This document shows positions 1-11,233 of a DNA stretch of 64,000 bases, in pieces (position 1 is the stretch's first letter; every line of letters begins with the position of its first letter). Origin of the DNA: Gammaproteobacteria bacterium (GTDB lineage Bacteria > Pseudomonadota > Gammaproteobacteria > JABABF01); NCBI GenBank assembly GCA_965237805.1, contig OZ250153.1:1536001-1600000 (forward strand), given 5' to 3'. The position numbers were made by a program, and so were the translations under genes. The notes under the pieces are model-generated. The model ran no database searches. It was not told where the DNA came from and was given only the letters and a program-made list of their open reading frames with translations.

Positions 1-1143
1 GATAATCAGACCATTGAGCGTATTGGGTCCGTCGGTAGGCAGCTGCCAGCCCAAGGTGCGATTGATGTCGTGTACCGGGGCACTGGCATCAATGATGAAG
101 CTGCCGTCAGCTTGGGGGTAGGCAACGCTCAGCCGGGTGTTGCTACCTAGGCCCATCTTGCCGACCATCTCCTCCAAGATGTCGTGCAACGTGACGATAC
201 CTTGGAAGACGCCGTACTCGTCGACGACGCAACCGGTATTGCTGCGCTGAGTGCGGAAAGCGAGCAGTTGGGCCAGTAGCGGGGTGCCTTCGGGGATAAA
301 ATACGGCTTTTGCATGACCCGCCGCAAGCGCCGCGCATGCCAAGTTCCCTGGAGCAGCTTGGGCGCATCGCTCAGCGTCAGCATGCCGACAATATTCTCG
401 TGCTGCTGGAAATGCAGCGGCACCTCGCTCAGGCGACTGTTGTCCAGTTGGCGTTCAAATTCTGCCCGCCCGGACTCGATGTCGATGCTGCGCACCTCGC
501 TGCGCGGCACCATGATGTGATCCACTGTGGTCTTCTCCAAGTTGAGCAGGTTGAGCAACAGATGGCGGTGCACATCCGGCAGTGCTTGGTTGTCCGGATC
601 CAACAACAGGATGCGCAGTTCCTCGCGCCCCAGCGTGCCCTCATTGGTGCCGTGCTTTTGCGGGTCGACCCCGAATAGGCCGAGCATCAAGTTGCTCATC
701 GTGTTCAGCACCCACACGGCTGGCCACAGCAGGTACAACAGTGGCAACAGCACCATGCTGGCGGGGGAGATGAAGGCCTCTGGGTGCAGGGCGGCGGCGG
801 TCTTGGGACCGATCTCGGCGAAGATGATGATGATCAGCGTCAGCGCGAGGGTGGCCACCGCCACACCGGCATCGCCGAATAGATTGAGCGCCAGTATGGT
901 GGTGATCGCCGAGGCACTGATATTGACCAAGTTGTTGCCGAGCAGGATCAGCCCGAGCAACCGGTCTTTACGGCGCAACAGGCGGGCGGTGCGCTGCGCC
1001 CCGCGATGCCCCTCACTCACCAGCACCTTGAGCCGGTAACGATCCAGTGCCAGCATCGCCGTTTCGGCACTGGAGAAGAAGCCCGATAGCAACAGCAGGC
1101 CACCCAAGGTGAGTAGCAGTGCGCCGGGGGAGATTTCGCTCAA
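1..1143 (-). CDS. yfjD: HlyC/CorC (CNNM) family transporter, YfjD-like; 3' end outside window
   Basis: Absent from the ORF track (no stop in window). Manual translation from TTG at 1143: SEISPGALLLTLGGLLLLSGFFSSAETAMLALDRYRLK...ILLGNNLVNI...TLHDILEEMVG...LPTDGPNTLNGLII. Adjacent to ypjD, as is usual. Confidence 0.9.
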   Translation of the reverse strand, partial: MSEISPGALLLTLGGLLLLSGFFSSAETAMLALDRYRLKVLVSEGHRGAQRTARLLRRKDRLLGLILLGNNLVNISASAITTILALNLFGDAGVAVATLALTLIIIIFAEIGPKTAAALHPEAFISPASMVLLPLLYLLWPAVWVLNTMSNLMLGLFGVDPQKHGTNEGTLGREELRILLLDPDNQALPDVHRHLLLNLLNLEKTTVDHIMVPRSEVRSIDIESGRAEFERQLDNSRLSEVPLHFQQHENIVGMLTLSDAPKLLQGTWHARRLRRVMQKPYFIPEGTPLLAQLLAFRTQRSNTGCVVDEYGVFQGIVTLHDILEEMVGKMGLGSNTRLSVAYPQADGSFIIDASAPVHDINRTLGWQLPTDGPNTLNGLII

Positions 1144-1253
1144 ATCAATTCAGGTGCCCGCTGGCACGGCCACTACTCGGCGCGAATATCAATCATGTAC
1201 CAGCCGCTTCCGTCTGGCAAGTGCGCCCGGTGGCAGCACCGCCAGACGAAGGC

Positions 1254-2039
1254 CTACAGGGCATCGGCTAGCTGGCCGCCGAAATAGCTCACCAGCAGGC
1301 AGGCGAAGCCGCCCACCACCAGCGCGGTACCGAGTCGCCCGCCCGCCTCGCCGTGGTGGCGCAAGACCAGCAATGTGCCGTAGAGCGCCAGCGCCAGCGC
1401 AGAGAATAGGATTTTCCATCGCAAGCCTGAGTGGAGACCCTGTTCCCCGGGCAGGAACAGCGCTCCGCTCAGCAGTGCCGCCAGTAGCAGCCCGGTGCCC
1501 AGTGCCAGCGTGTGGTCGGCGATTTCGCGTTGGCTCTGCAATGGCGGCAGATAGGGCAACAAGCCGCCGAGGCGGTGCTGTTTAAGTCGTTCCTGTAGAT
1601 GGTGCAGGCACAGCAGCTGCAGTGAGGCGATGCCGAGCAGTGCGAAGGATAGCACCGACAGCAGCACATGCAGCTGGATGCCGCCCCGCCACAGCCGTGG
1701 CGCGTGCTCTCCTGGTAGCACTGCCGCCAGTACCACGGCGACTGCCGCCAGCGGATAGAGCACTAGCAACAGGCGGTCGACCGAAGGGCGCAGGCGGCTG
1801 TAGGCCAGCGCCACGCCGCAGCTGACACAGAGAAATAGCGACAGAGCCTCGCCAGTACCCAGCGATGGCCCGGCGGGGGTTACCACCTGCCGCCACAACA
1901 GGGTGGCGTGACTGAGCACGGCCAGCGCACTGAACGCGAACAGCCACGGTGCGAGGCGGTACGCTGGGGCGCGCCCCAGCGCGAGTCCTTGGGCGGCAGC
2001 GGCGGCGAGGTAGAGTGCGACGGTGGCGGCATGTTGCAT
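1254..2039 (-). CDS. ypjD: CcsA-family inner membrane protein YpjD
   Basis: Multi-TM protein with HVLLS, RLKQH, LPPLQ and C-terminal LLVSYFGG motifs; upstream of yfjD. Confidence 0.8.
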   Translation of the reverse strand: MQHAATVALYLAAAAAQGLALGRAPAYRLAPWLFAFSALAVLSHATLLWRQVVTPAGPSLGTGEALSLFLCVSCGVALAYSRLRPSVDRLLLVLYPLAAVAVVLAAVLPGEHAPRLWRGGIQLHVLLSVLSFALLGIASLQLLCLHHLQERLKQHRLGGLLPYLPPLQSQREIADHTLALGTGLLLAALLSGALFLPGEQGLHSGLRWKILFSALALALYGTLLVLRHHGEAGGRLGTALVVGGFACLLVSYFGGQLADAL

Positions 2040-2198
2040 GTCGGCGATTGTAACGCGTCCCTGCTGGTGGGTGCACCGCGCCTCAACACTGCCGCCAGCG
2101 CCGCTTGTGCTATCATTTATCGGCGCTGGCAGGTTCGCGTTGTGGATTCAGAACGCCCCGCTCCCGCCCCCGCCCCGCTACTTTAAAAATGGGATCCG

Positions 2199-4799
2199 AT
2201 GGCGGAATTTGCCAAGGAAGTCCAGCCGGTCAGCATTGAGGACGAGCTGCGCCGCTCCTATCTTGACTACGCGATGAGCGTGATCGTCGGGCGCGCCCTG
2301 CCCGATGTTCGCGATGGCCTCAAGCCGGTGCACCGCCGTGTGCTGTTCGCGATGCGCGAGCTGAATAACAGCTTCAACGAGTCCTACAAGAAATCGGCGC
2401 GCGTCGTCGGCGATGTGATCGGTAAATACCATCCACATGGTGACTCTGCTGTCTACGATGCCATCGTGCGCATGGCGCAGCCCTTTTCGTTGCGCTATCT
2501 GCTGGTTGATGGCCAGGGCAACTTCGGCTCGGTGGACGGCGATTCCCCGGCGGCGATGCGCTACACCGAGGTGCGCATGACGCGCTTGGCCGGTGAGCTG
2601 TTGGCCGATATCGAACACGATACGGTCGACTTTGTTCCCAACTACGATGCCAGCGAACAGATGCCGTCGGTGTTGCCAGCGCGGGTGCCGAACCTGCTCA
2701 TCAACGGTGCCGCCGGTATCGCTGTCGGTATGGCGACCAATATTCCGCCGCACAATCTGGCCGAGGTCATCGCCGCCTGCTTGGCCCTGATCGATGACCC
2801 CGAGCTGGACTGCGAGCAGCTGATGGAATGCCTGCCCGGGCCAGATCTGCCCACCGCTGGCATCATCAATGGCTGTGCTGGCATCCGCCGCGCCTACCGC
2901 GAGGGGCGTGGCAGCATGCGCATCCGCGCCCGCGCCGAGCTGATCACGCCCGCCGATGCCGGTGGGCGTCAGCACATCGTCGTCAGCGAGATTCCCTATC
3001 AGGTCAACAAAGCGCGCTTGGTGGAGCGCATCGCCGCCTTGGTGCGCGCACGCAAATTGACTGGCATCAGCGAGCTGCGTGACGAATCGGACAAGGATGG
3101 TGTGCGCATCGTCATCGAGCTGCGGCGGGGCGAGATGGGGGATGTATTGCTCAACCGCCTCTACGCACTGACCGCGCTGGAGGTCTCCTTTGGCATCAAC
3201 ATGGTGGCGCTGGTGGATGGGGTGCCGCAGCGTTGCAATTTGAAGCAGCTGCTGGAGTATTTTCTCGCCCACCGCCGCGAGGTGATTACGCGGCGCTCGC
3301 TACATTTGCTGCGCAAGGCGCGGCTGCGCACGCGTTTGCTAGAGGGCTTGCTGGTCGCCTCGGCCAATATTGATGCCGTGGTCGAGTTGGTCCGCAAGGC
3401 GCCGTCGCCAGCGGTGGCGCGCGAGAGTTTGATGGGCTGCACTTGGCCGTGTCCAGTCGCTCAGTTGGCCGACCCGGCGTTGTTGCGCGACGAGCTCGAG
3501 CTCGCTGAGCCCACCGCTGAGCCCACCGCTGAGCCTCTGCGCGGCGAATACCAACTCTCCGAGCCCCAAGCCAATGCGATTCTCGAATTGCGTTTGCAGC
3601 GGCTGACCGGCTTGGAGCAGGGCAAAATTCTCGACGAGTACCACAAGAAAGTCGCGGAGATCGGCGGGCTACTGGAGATTCTGCGCGATCCCGACCGTCT
3701 GACCACGGTGCTGCGCGCCGAGCTGCACGAATTGCTCGAGCGCTATGGTGACGAGCGCCGCACCGAGCTGGTTGAGCACCAAGAGGATTTGGAGGAAGAA
3801 GACCTGATCCCGGACGAGCCGCGCATCGTCACCGTCAGCCGAGATGGCTACGCGCTGGCTCAGTCGCCGGACGAATTCCGTGCCCAGCGCCGCGGTGGCA
3901 CCGGCAAACAGGGTGCCGGTGTCGGCACCGAGGACTTGATGGCGACGTTGCTGGTGGCGCGCAGCCACAACACCCTGCTGTGTTTCAGCGATCATGGCCG
4001 CGTCTACTGGCTCAAGGTTTACCGCATCCCGATGGCCTCGCGTGGCACCCGCGGGCGCCCCTTGGTCAATCTGTTGTCGCTGGCCGACGGTGAGCGCGTG
4101 ACGGCTCTGCTACCGGTGTCGTCTTTTGAGGTTCCGGGCTGGGTACTGTTGGCGACCGCCCAAGGGCGCATCAAAAAAGTGCCGCTCAGCGCTTTCTCGC
4201 GTCCGCGCACCAGCGGTGTGCGCGCTATCGGTCTGTTGCCCGGCGACGAACTGGTGGCGGCACGGCTCAGTGAGACCGACGAGAGCCTGATGATGTTTGG
4301 CAGCAATGGGAAGGGCATCCGCTTCTCGACGGCGGAGGTGCGCGCCCAGCACCGCCCGGCGCGCGGTGTCATCGGTCTGCGCCTGCCGCCCGGCCAGCGC
4401 TTGGTGGCGATGGTGCTGGAACTGTCCCGAGCGGGAACGATGCTGATCGGTGTCACGCAGGCAGGTTATGGCAAGCTATTGCGTTGCGACGACTTCCCCC
4501 ATCGGCATCGCGGCGGGCAGGGGGTGATCGCGCTGCGTGTCGGCAAGCGCAACGGTGCGCTGGTCGCCGTATTGCCGGTGCAGCCCGGTGGCGAAGCCTG
4601 GGTGGTCAGCGATCGCGGCACTTTGCTGCGTATCCCGATCGACGAGGTACCTGTCTTGGGGCGCGGTGCCGCCGGGGTGCGCATCGCACGTCTGCGCAGC
4701 GCCGAGCAGGTGGCCGATGTGGCCTGTTTCCACAGCGTGTCTGCTGACGCTGAGGTGGCGTCGAGCGAAGCCGCCGCCGGGGATGCCGACCGGGCATGA
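2199..4799 (+). CDS. gyrA: DNA gyrase subunit A
   Basis: [39 protein letters not shown], catalytic AAMRYTE, GyrA-box-like QRRGGTG, C-terminal pinwheel repeats. Confidence 0.98.
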   Translation: MAEFAKEVQPVSIEDELRRSYLDYAMSVIVGRALPDVRDGLKPVHRRVLFAMRELNNSFNESYKKSARVVGDVIGKYHPHGDSAVYDAIVRMAQPFSLRYLLVDGQGNFGSVDGDSPAAMRYTEVRMTRLAGELLADIEHDTVDFVPNYDASEQMPSVLPARVPNLLINGAAGIAVGMATNIPPHNLAEVIAACLALIDDPELDCEQLMECLPGPDLPTAGIINGCAGIRRAYREGRGSMRIRARAELITPADAGGRQHIVVSEIPYQVNKARLVERIAALVRARKLTGISELRDESDKDGVRIVIELRRGEMGDVLLNRLYALTALEVSFGINMVALVDGVPQRCNLKQLLEYFLAHRREVITRRSLHLLRKARLRTRLLEGLLVASANIDAVVELVRKAPSPAVARESLMGCTWPCPVAQLADPALLRDELELAEPTAEPTAEPLRGEYQLSEPQANAILELRLQRLTGLEQGKILDEYHKKVAEIGGLLEILRDPDRLTTVLRAELHELLERYGDERRTELVEHQEDLEEEDLIPDEPRIVTVSRDGYALAQSPDEFRAQRRGGTGKQGAGVGTEDLMATLLVARSHNTLLCFSDHGRVYWLKVYRIPMASRGTRGRPLVNLLSLADGERVTALLPVSSFEVPGWVLLATAQGRIKKVPLSAFSRPRTSGVRAIGLLPGDELVAARLSETDESLMMFGSNGKGIRFSTAEVRAQHRPARGVIGLRLPPGQRLVAMVLELSRAGTMLIGVTQAGYGKLLRCDDFPHRHRGGQGVIALRVGKRNGALVAVLPVQPGGEAWVVSDRGTLLRIPIDEVPVLGRGAAGVRIARLRSAEQVADVACFHSVSADAEVASSEAAAGDADRA

Positions 4800-5893
4800 G
4801 CCGACCATTCAATTTTGCTGCTGGGCCAGCCGCCCTGCCCGAGGCGGTACTCGAGCGCGCACGTGAGGAGTTGCTCGACTGGCAGCACAGTGGTGGCTCG
4901 GTGTTGGAGCTCAGCCACCGCAGTGAGGCCTTCGTCGAGCTGGCCACCGCAACCGAGCGAAAGTTGCGGGCGTTGTTGGCTTTGCCAGAGGATTTTGCCG
5001 TGTTGTTCCTGCATGGCGGCGCACGCGGGCAGTTCGCCGCCGTGCCGATGAATTTACTCGGTGCGACCGATGGTGCTGACTACCTGCACAGCGGCTACTG
5101 GGCCGCCGGTGCCATCGATGAGGCGCGGCGCTACTGTGTGCCACACACCGTCGATGTGCGCTGTCGCCGCGAGGGGCGCGCTGCCCTCGACGACTTGTCG
5201 GATTGGCGACCGTCATCCGGTGCTGCCTATGTGCACTACACCGCCAACGAGACCATCGGCGGTCTGCAGTTCCAGACGCCGCCGGACACCGGTGTAGACC
5301 CACTCACTTTGCCTTTGGTGGCCGATATGTCCTCCGAATTGCTGACGCGGCGCTTAGATTGGAGCCGCTTGGGGCTGGTCTATGCCTGTGCGCAGAAGAA
5401 CTTGGGGCCAGCTGGCCTGACGGTGGTGCTGGTGCGCCGCGCATTGTTTGGCCGCGCTCGTCCCGAGACACCGAGTGTGTTGCACTACCAGTGTGTGGAC
5501 GCGGCCTCCTCGATGCAGAATACCCCGCCGGTCTTCTCTTGGTATATCACTGCGCTGATGCTGCGCTGGATCGGGGAGCAGGGCGGTTTGGATGCCATGG
5601 AGCAGTGTGTCCAGCGCAAGTCCGCACAGCTCTACGCGGCGCTGGATCAGAGTGATTTTTACGACAATCCGGTACATCCTAGCAGCCGTTCCCGCACCAG
5701 TGTGCCCTTCCTGCTGGCCAAGCCCGAGTTGGAGGGTGATTTTCTGCGCGAGTCGACGCATGCGGGCTTGCTCAACCTCAAAGGCCATCGCTCGGTCGGA
5801 GGTATGCGCGCTTGTCTCTACAACGGGGTGCCCGAGCAGGCGGTTGCCGCACTGGTGGAATTCATGGCCGATTTCGAGCGGCGACGGGGTTGA
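4796..5893 (+). CDS. serC: Phosphoserine aminotransferase
   Basis: [29 protein letters not shown] (PLP lysine), [10 protein letters not shown]. Confidence 0.97.
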   Translation: MSRPFNFAAGPAALPEAVLERAREELLDWQHSGGSVLELSHRSEAFVELATATERKLRALLALPEDFAVLFLHGGARGQFAAVPMNLLGATDGADYLHSGYWAAGAIDEARRYCVPHTVDVRCRREGRAALDDLSDWRPSSGAAYVHYTANETIGGLQFQTPPDTGVDPLTLPLVADMSSELLTRRLDWSRLGLVYACAQKNLGPAGLTVVLVRRALFGRARPETPSVLHYQCVDAASSMQNTPPVFSWYITALMLRWIGEQGGLDAMEQCVQRKSAQLYAALDQSDFYDNPVHPSSRSRTSVPFLLAKPELEGDFLRESTHAGLLNLKGHRSVGGMRACLYNGVPEQAVAALVEFMADFERRRG

Positions 5894-6014
5894 GCGCCGT
5901 CTCCAGCCGCTGTAGCGCAAAGCCCGACTGAGTCGTCGTATGGTGCCTATGGAAATGGCTCAGCGCGGGTGCCGCACCCTATAATACCGCCTTGGGAATA
6001 TCGGGATTTGTGCT

Positions 6015-7103
6015 TTGACCGTGTCGGATGCTGCACGAGAATTGGAGCGCCTGCGCGCTGTGGTGGACAGCGTCGATGACCAGTTGCTGGTCTTGTTGCA
6101 GCGCCGCGCACAGCTGGCACTGGAGATCGGCGCAGCCAAACGCGCCCACGGCTTGGCACCCGAGGCATTCCACTCCCCGGTGCGCGAACGGGCCGTGGTG
6201 CAGCGCTTGGTCGATGCCGCCGATGGCTCCTTGCCGATCGGCGAGCTGGAGACGATTTTTCGTGCCATCATGGTCGCCAGCCTGCGCCTACAGCAGCCGC
6301 AGGCGGTGGCCTTCCTCGGTCCCAGCGGGACTTTCAGCGAGGAAGCTCTGATTGCGCATTTTGGTGCCGACGCGCCGGGTCTGGCCTGCACCACCATCGC
6401 CGAAGTGTTCCGTGCGGTGGTCTCGGAGGAGGTGGATTACGGCTTGGTGCCGCTGGAGAACTCCACTGGTGGTGTCGTCAGTGCCACGCTCGCCAGCTTG
6501 CGCGAATCCAGTCTGCTGCTCCAAGGCGAACGCCAGCTGCCGGTGCGCCTGCACCTGCTGGCCGCCGCCGAGGGCCCCGCTGTGCCGAGCTGCATCGCCG
6601 GTCACAGCCAGGCTCTGTCTCAGTGTCGGCGTTGGCTCGACCAGCACTGGCCAGGTATTCCGCGCCAAGCGGTGGAGAGTAGCGGTGAGGCGGCTCGCCA
6701 AGCCAGCGAGCAGGGCGGGCTGTTCGCTGTTGCTGGCAGCTTGGCCGAGCGCAGCCACACCCTGCGCGCCGTTGCCCGCAATATCCATGACGAGGCGGAT
6801 AACACCACTCGCTTTGTGGTCTTGGGACGGTATCCGGTGCCAGCTAGCGGTCGCGACCGCAGCTCGGTCCTGATCACTCTGCGCGATCGTAGCGGTGCCC
6901 TGCGCGACGCGCTGAGCCCCTTCGCCGATGCCGGCATTTCGCTGAGTCATTTGAGCAGCCACCCATGGCAGAGCGGCTACAGCTTCCTGCTCGAATTCGC
7001 TGGTCATCGCGATGACCGTGCCGTCGCCGCCACGCTCGCGGCTGTCGAGCGTCACTGTGCGTTGATGAAGGTACTCGGCTCCTATCCTCAGGCGAGCGAT
7101 TGA
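6015..7103 (+). CDS. pheA: Chorismate mutase / prephenate dehydratase (P-protein)
   Basis: N-terminal AroQ helix, AFLGPSGTFSE, VPLENSTGG, NTTRFVVLG, ACT domain ending LGSYP. Confidence 0.95.
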   Translation: MTVSDAARELERLRAVVDSVDDQLLVLLQRRAQLALEIGAAKRAHGLAPEAFHSPVRERAVVQRLVDAADGSLPIGELETIFRAIMVASLRLQQPQAVAFLGPSGTFSEEALIAHFGADAPGLACTTIAEVFRAVVSEEVDYGLVPLENSTGGVVSATLASLRESSLLLQGERQLPVRLHLLAAAEGPAVPSCIAGHSQALSQCRRWLDQHWPGIPRQAVESSGEAARQASEQGGLFAVAGSLAERSHTLRAVARNIHDEADNTTRFVVLGRYPVPASGRDRSSVLITLRDRSGALRDALSPFADAGISLSHLSSHPWQSGYSFLLEFAGHRDDRAVAATLAAVERHCALMKVLGSYPQASD

Positions 7104-8230
7104 TGGCGGTAGATCTTGCCGCGCTGGCCAACCCCGGCGCGGCGCGTCTGCGTCCCTACCGTCCCGGTATGCCAGAGGAGCAATTGCACCGCTGTCTCGG
7201 CTTGCCCGCCAGCTCCATCCTCAAGCTGGCCAGCAACGAAAACCCCTTGGGGCCGTCGCCACGCGCCGTCGCCGCGCTGCGCGGCGAGCTCGCCACCTTG
7301 CACCGCTATCCCGATGCCAGCGGCGATGCACTGAAGCGGGCGCTGGCCGAGCGACTTGAGGTGGATGCCGAGCGCGTCGTGCTCGGCTGTGGCTCCAACG
7401 AGTTGCTGTTGCTGTTGGCGCAGTGCTTTCTGTCGGCTGACAACTCGGCGATCTATTCTCAGCACGCATTCGTCGTCTACCCGATCGCGGTCGCGCTCAG
7501 CGGTGCCGAGGCGCTGGTGGCACCAGCGCGTGATTGGGGCGCGGATCCGGTCGCCATACTGCGCCTATTGCGTGCCGACACCCGCTTGGTCTACCTCGCC
7601 AACCCCAACAATCCCACCGGTACTTGGCTCGGTGCCGAGGCGCTTTTTCAGCTGCTGTCGGCGTTGCCGCCAGAGGTCATTTTGGTGTTGGACGAGGCCT
7701 ATTGCGAGTATGCTGAGTCGCCCGACTATCCGGATGGCATCGACCTGACGCGCCGTTTCCACAACTTGGTGTTGACCCGGACTTTTTCCAAGCTCCACGG
7801 CCTCGCTGGTCTGCGCGTGGGCTATGCGGTCGCCGACCCAGCCATCGCCGAGCTATTGGAGCGAGTGAGGGCACCATTCAGTGTCTCTTCTGTGGGTCAG
7901 CTGGCGGCGCTGGCCGCGCTGGACGACGCGGTTCACCAGCGCCGTAGCCGCGCCGTCAACCGTGCTGGCCATGAGCAGCTGCTGGACGGTTTGGCAGCTC
8001 TCGGGCTGCCGGTCATCCCCTCGGCTGGCAATTTCCTCTGCTTTGCCGTGCCAGATGGTGATGCTGGTGCCGCGCGCGTGTATGCCGCCCTGCTCGCCGC
8101 CGGTGTCATCGTGCGTCCGGTGGCCGAGGACTACGACTTGTCAGCGCGGCTGCGCGTCACCATCGGCACCGAGGCCGATAACCAGCGCTTCCTCAAGGCG
8201 CTGGCCGCCGCCCTCGGCAGCCAGCGCTGA
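7103..8230 (+). CDS. hisC: Histidinol-phosphate aminotransferase
   Basis: KLASNENPLGPS, NPNNPTG, LDEAY, RTFSKLHGLAGLRVGY. Confidence 0.95.
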   Translation: MAVDLAALANPGAARLRPYRPGMPEEQLHRCLGLPASSILKLASNENPLGPSPRAVAALRGELATLHRYPDASGDALKRALAERLEVDAERVVLGCGSNELLLLLAQCFLSADNSAIYSQHAFVVYPIAVALSGAEALVAPARDWGADPVAILRLLRADTRLVYLANPNNPTGTWLGAEALFQLLSALPPEVILVLDEAYCEYAESPDYPDGIDLTRRFHNLVLTRTFSKLHGLAGLRVGYAVADPAIAELLERVRAPFSVSSVGQLAALAALDDAVHQRRSRAVNRAGHEQLLDGLAALGLPVIPSAGNFLCFAVPDGDAGAARVYAALLAAGVIVRPVAEDYDLSARLRVTIGTEADNQRFLKALAAALGSQR

Positions 8231-8235
8231 GCGTC

Positions 8236-9243
8236 ATGTCGGGTCGTTTGGTCATCGTCGGCTTGGGGCTGATCGGCGCTTCGGTGGCCGCCGCCGCACG
8301 CGAGCGCCGGCACGGTGGACAGATTGTCGGCTGGGACAACTCGCCAGCGGCGGCGCGCGCCGCCTTGGATGCCAGCTTGGTCGATTGTGTCGTTGACGAT
8401 GCGGCTGCACTGCGGGCTGGGGACTTGGTCTTGTTGGCGGTGCCGCCGAGTGCGGTGCCGTCGGTATTTGCAGCGCTGGCGCAGCGTTCCGGGGTGCCGT
8501 TGGAGCAGCTGGTGATCAGCGACTGCGCCAGTGTCAAAGTCTGTGTGGTCGAGGCGGCACTGGATTTGTTTGGGCGGATGCCGCCGACACTGATCCCCGG
8601 GCACCCCTTGGCCGGTTCCGAGCGCAGCGGTGCGGCGGCGGCGGATGCCGCCTTGTTTGATGGGCATCGCGTGGTGCTGTGCCCGGCGGTGGATGCCGCA
8701 CCGGCCGCGCTGGCGCGTGTCGAGACGCTGTGGCGCGCACTGGGTGCCGAGCCGGTGCGGTTGGATGCGGCCGAGCACGACGAGCTGTTGGCACGCACCA
8801 GCCATCTGCCACATGTGGCAGCCCGCGCGCTGAGTTCGGTCGGCGCCAAGCTGCGTATCGCCACCAGCAATCCCTCCCTGTGGCGAGATATCGAGCACGC
8901 CAATCGTGCGCCACTGGCGGCGGCGTTGCGCGACCACCACCGTCAGCTGCGCAGTCTGGCGCGTGTCGCCGCTGCCGGTACCACACGCTGTGCTGAGCGC
9001 TTTGAAGCGGCGGCAGCGCTGTGTCGCCGCTTGGGTTTGGATGCCGCTGCCGCCGTCGATGCCGTGCCGCTGCAGCGCTTGGTGGCGGTGGCGGTGTTGG
9101 AATGCTTGCCGCAGCGCAGCGATGTGCTGTCTTATGCCGCTGGTGGGCTGCGCGACATCGCCGCTGCCGCCGCCGCGCCGCTGCCGGGTGTGGCGGTGGA
9201 TGAGCGCTCGTTGCAGCGCTATGTGGTGGCGCTCGCCGCCTGA
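8236..9243 (+). CDS. tyrA: Prephenate/arogenate dehydrogenase with atypical C-terminus
   Basis: GLGLIGAS Rossmann motif, DCASVK, GHPLAGSERSG, HDELLARTSHLPH; lies between hisC and aroA. Confidence 0.88.
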   Translation: MSGRLVIVGLGLIGASVAAAARERRHGGQIVGWDNSPAAARAALDASLVDCVVDDAAALRAGDLVLLAVPPSAVPSVFAALAQRSGVPLEQLVISDCASVKVCVVEAALDLFGRMPPTLIPGHPLAGSERSGAAAADAALFDGHRVVLCPAVDAAPAALARVETLWRALGAEPVRLDAAEHDELLARTSHLPHVAARALSSVGAKLRIATSNPSLWRDIEHANRAPLAAALRDHHRQLRSLARVAAAGTTRCAERFEAAAALCRRLGLDAAAAVDAVPLQRLVAVAVLECLPQRSDVLSYAAGGLRDIAAAAAAPLPGVAVDERSLQRYVVALAA

Positions 9244-9253
9244 GTGACGGGCG

Positions 9254-10564
9254 GTGAGTTCCTATCTGGTCGAGCCGGGCGGTGCCCTGCGCGGCGAGCT
9301 GCGCGTGCCGGGTGACAAATCGATCTCGCACCGAGCCGTGATGTTGGCTGCCATCGCTGAGGGAGAGACCCACATCGGCGGTTTTCTGTGCAGCGAGGAT
9401 TGTCTGGCCACGCTGGCGGCGGTGCGTGCGCTCGGCGTCGCCTGCGAGGGCCCCGGCGCGGGTGGCGAGCTGCGCATTGTCGGGCGTGGGCGGGCCGCCC
9501 TGCGTGCCCCTGATCACAGCTTGGACTTGGGCAATTCCGGCACCTCGATGCGCCTGTTGGCAGGGCTTTTGGCACCCTGTCCTTTCGCCGTCGTACTGGA
9601 CGGCGACAGCTCGCTACGGCGGCGGCCGATGGAGCGCATCGCGGTGCCGCTACGGCGCATGGGCGCGGTGGTGGAGACCGCCCCGGGCGGCACCGCGCCG
9701 ATCCGCTTGGCCGGTGTCGGTAGCGCGCTGTTGGCGATTCGCTGGTGCCTGCCGGTGGCCAGCGCCCAGCTCAAGTCCTGCCTGCTGCTGGCCGCTCTCG
9801 GTGCGGACGGTGAGACGCTGATCGAGGAGCCAGCACCCAGCCGCGACCACAGTGAGCGCTTGCTCGCACGGTATGGTCGCCCGACGCGGTACCGGGACGG
9901 TGCGCTGGCTATTGTCGGCGGGCCGCTGCGCGGCGATGTCGACTTGCAGCTACCGGGCGATATTTCCTCAGCCATGTTTCTGCTGGTCGGTGCCAGCCTC
10001 ACGCCCGGTTCGGAACTGCTGTTGCGCGGTGTTGGGGTCAATCCCTCCCGCACTGGCGGTTTGGACATTTTGCGCGCCATGGGTGCCGATCTGGGCGTGC
10101 ATGCAGTGCGCGATCAAGGCGGTGAGCCGGTGGCCGATATCTCGGTGCGCCACGCGCCGCTGCACGGCATCCGCATTGATCCGGCGGCGGTGCCCGGTAG
10201 CATCGATGAATTCCCGGCGCTGTGTGTGGCAGCCGCCGCTGCCAGCGGGGTCACCGAATTCGACGGTGCCAGCGAGCTGCGCCACAAAGAGAGCGACCGC
10301 CTGCGGAGCATGGCGCTCGCTCTCGCTGCACTGGGCATCGAAGTCGAGGAGCGCGCGGCGGGCTTGGCGATTCGTGGCGGGCAGCTGGGTGCCGGGCGCA
10401 TCCACAGTGCTGGCGACCACCGCGTGGCGCTGGCCTTTGCCTGCGCTGCCGGTGCCGCCCGCGGCACCATATGCATCGATGACTGCGATAATGTGCGCAC
10501 TTCATGGCCGGATTTCGCCGCCGATGCGGCGGCTCTCGGCTTGCCGTTGACGGTGGTGAGCTGA
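9254..10564 (+). CDS. aroA: EPSP synthase (3-phosphoshikimate 1-carboxyvinyltransferase)
   Basis: PGDKSISHR, GNSGTSMRL, SAQLKS, ELRHKESDR, GDHRVA. Confidence 0.97.
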   Translation: MSSYLVEPGGALRGELRVPGDKSISHRAVMLAAIAEGETHIGGFLCSEDCLATLAAVRALGVACEGPGAGGELRIVGRGRAALRAPDHSLDLGNSGTSMRLLAGLLAPCPFAVVLDGDSSLRRRPMERIAVPLRRMGAVVETAPGGTAPIRLAGVGSALLAIRWCLPVASAQLKSCLLLAALGADGETLIEEPAPSRDHSERLLARYGRPTRYRDGALAIVGGPLRGDVDLQLPGDISSAMFLLVGASLTPGSELLLRGVGVNPSRTGGLDILRAMGADLGVHAVRDQGGEPVADISVRHAPLHGIRIDPAAVPGSIDEFPALCVAAAAASGVTEFDGASELRHKESDRLRSMALALAALGIEVEERAAGLAIRGGQLGAGRIHSAGDHRVALAFACAAGAARGTICIDDCDNVRTSWPDFAADAAALGLPLTVVS

Positions 10565-10568
10565 GCCG

Positions 10569-11201
10569 GTGGTGGCACCGGTGATCGCGTTGGATGGCCC
10601 CAGTGGCTCGGGCAAGGGCACGGTGGCCGATTTGCTCGCTGCCGAATTGGGCTGGCACCGTCTGGACAGCGGCCGGTTGTATCGCGCGGTGGCTCTACTG
10701 TCCTTGGAGCGCGGCATTGCGCCCGACGACGAGGAGCTGCTGCTGTCCTCGGTCGACGCTGTGCCGGGTGTGCTGCAGCGCGACGATGCCGACAGCGCAC
10801 TGCGTAGTGAGCGGGTCGGTCGGCGCGCCTCCGAGGTTTCCCCGCTGTCAGCGCTGCGCCGCGCCTTGCTCGGCTATCAGCACCGTTGCCGACGTTTGCC
10901 AGGCTTGGTTGCCGATGGTCGCGATATCGGCACGGTGGTCTTTGCCGATGCTCCGTTGAAGATTTTTTTACTGGCTTCGCTGGCTGAGCGCGCCCGCCGC
11001 CGCCAGGCTCAGTTGAAAGAGTGCGGCGAGCTCGCTACTATAGAGGATGTTTTGGCTGATTTGCGTCGCCGCGACCGCCGTGATCGTTCACGTGCTTCAT
11101 CGCCGCTTTGTGCGGCACCGGACGCAGTCACCATCGATAGCAGCTCCTTGTCAGCTGTCCGAGTTGCAGCCTTGGTGTTGCAGCATTGGCAGGGATGCTG
11201 A
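10569..11201 (+). CDS. cmk: Cytidylate kinase
   Basis: DGPSGSGKGT P-loop, DSGRLYR, DGRDIGTVVF. Confidence 0.95.
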   Translation: MVAPVIALDGPSGSGKGTVADLLAAELGWHRLDSGRLYRAVALLSLERGIAPDDEELLLSSVDAVPGVLQRDDADSALRSERVGRRASEVSPLSALRRALLGYQHRCRRLPGLVADGRDIGTVVFADAPLKIFLLASLAERARRRQAQLKECGELATIEDVLADLRRRDRRDRSRASSPLCAAPDAVTIDSSSLSAVRVAALVLQHWQGC

Positions 11202-11233
11202 ATCACAGACGACAGGGCAGGGGAGACATCACG

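Noticed and set aside
2430-2470. Quinolone-resistance substitutions in gyrA
   Set aside because: The QRDR reads GDSAVYD, the wild-type Ser/Asp pattern.
2178-3272. Long antisense ORFs (also 45271-46572, 46718-47923, 32280-33182, 29994-30899 and others)
   Set aside because: Shadows of well-identified genes on the other strand, expected at high GC; no recognisable motifs.
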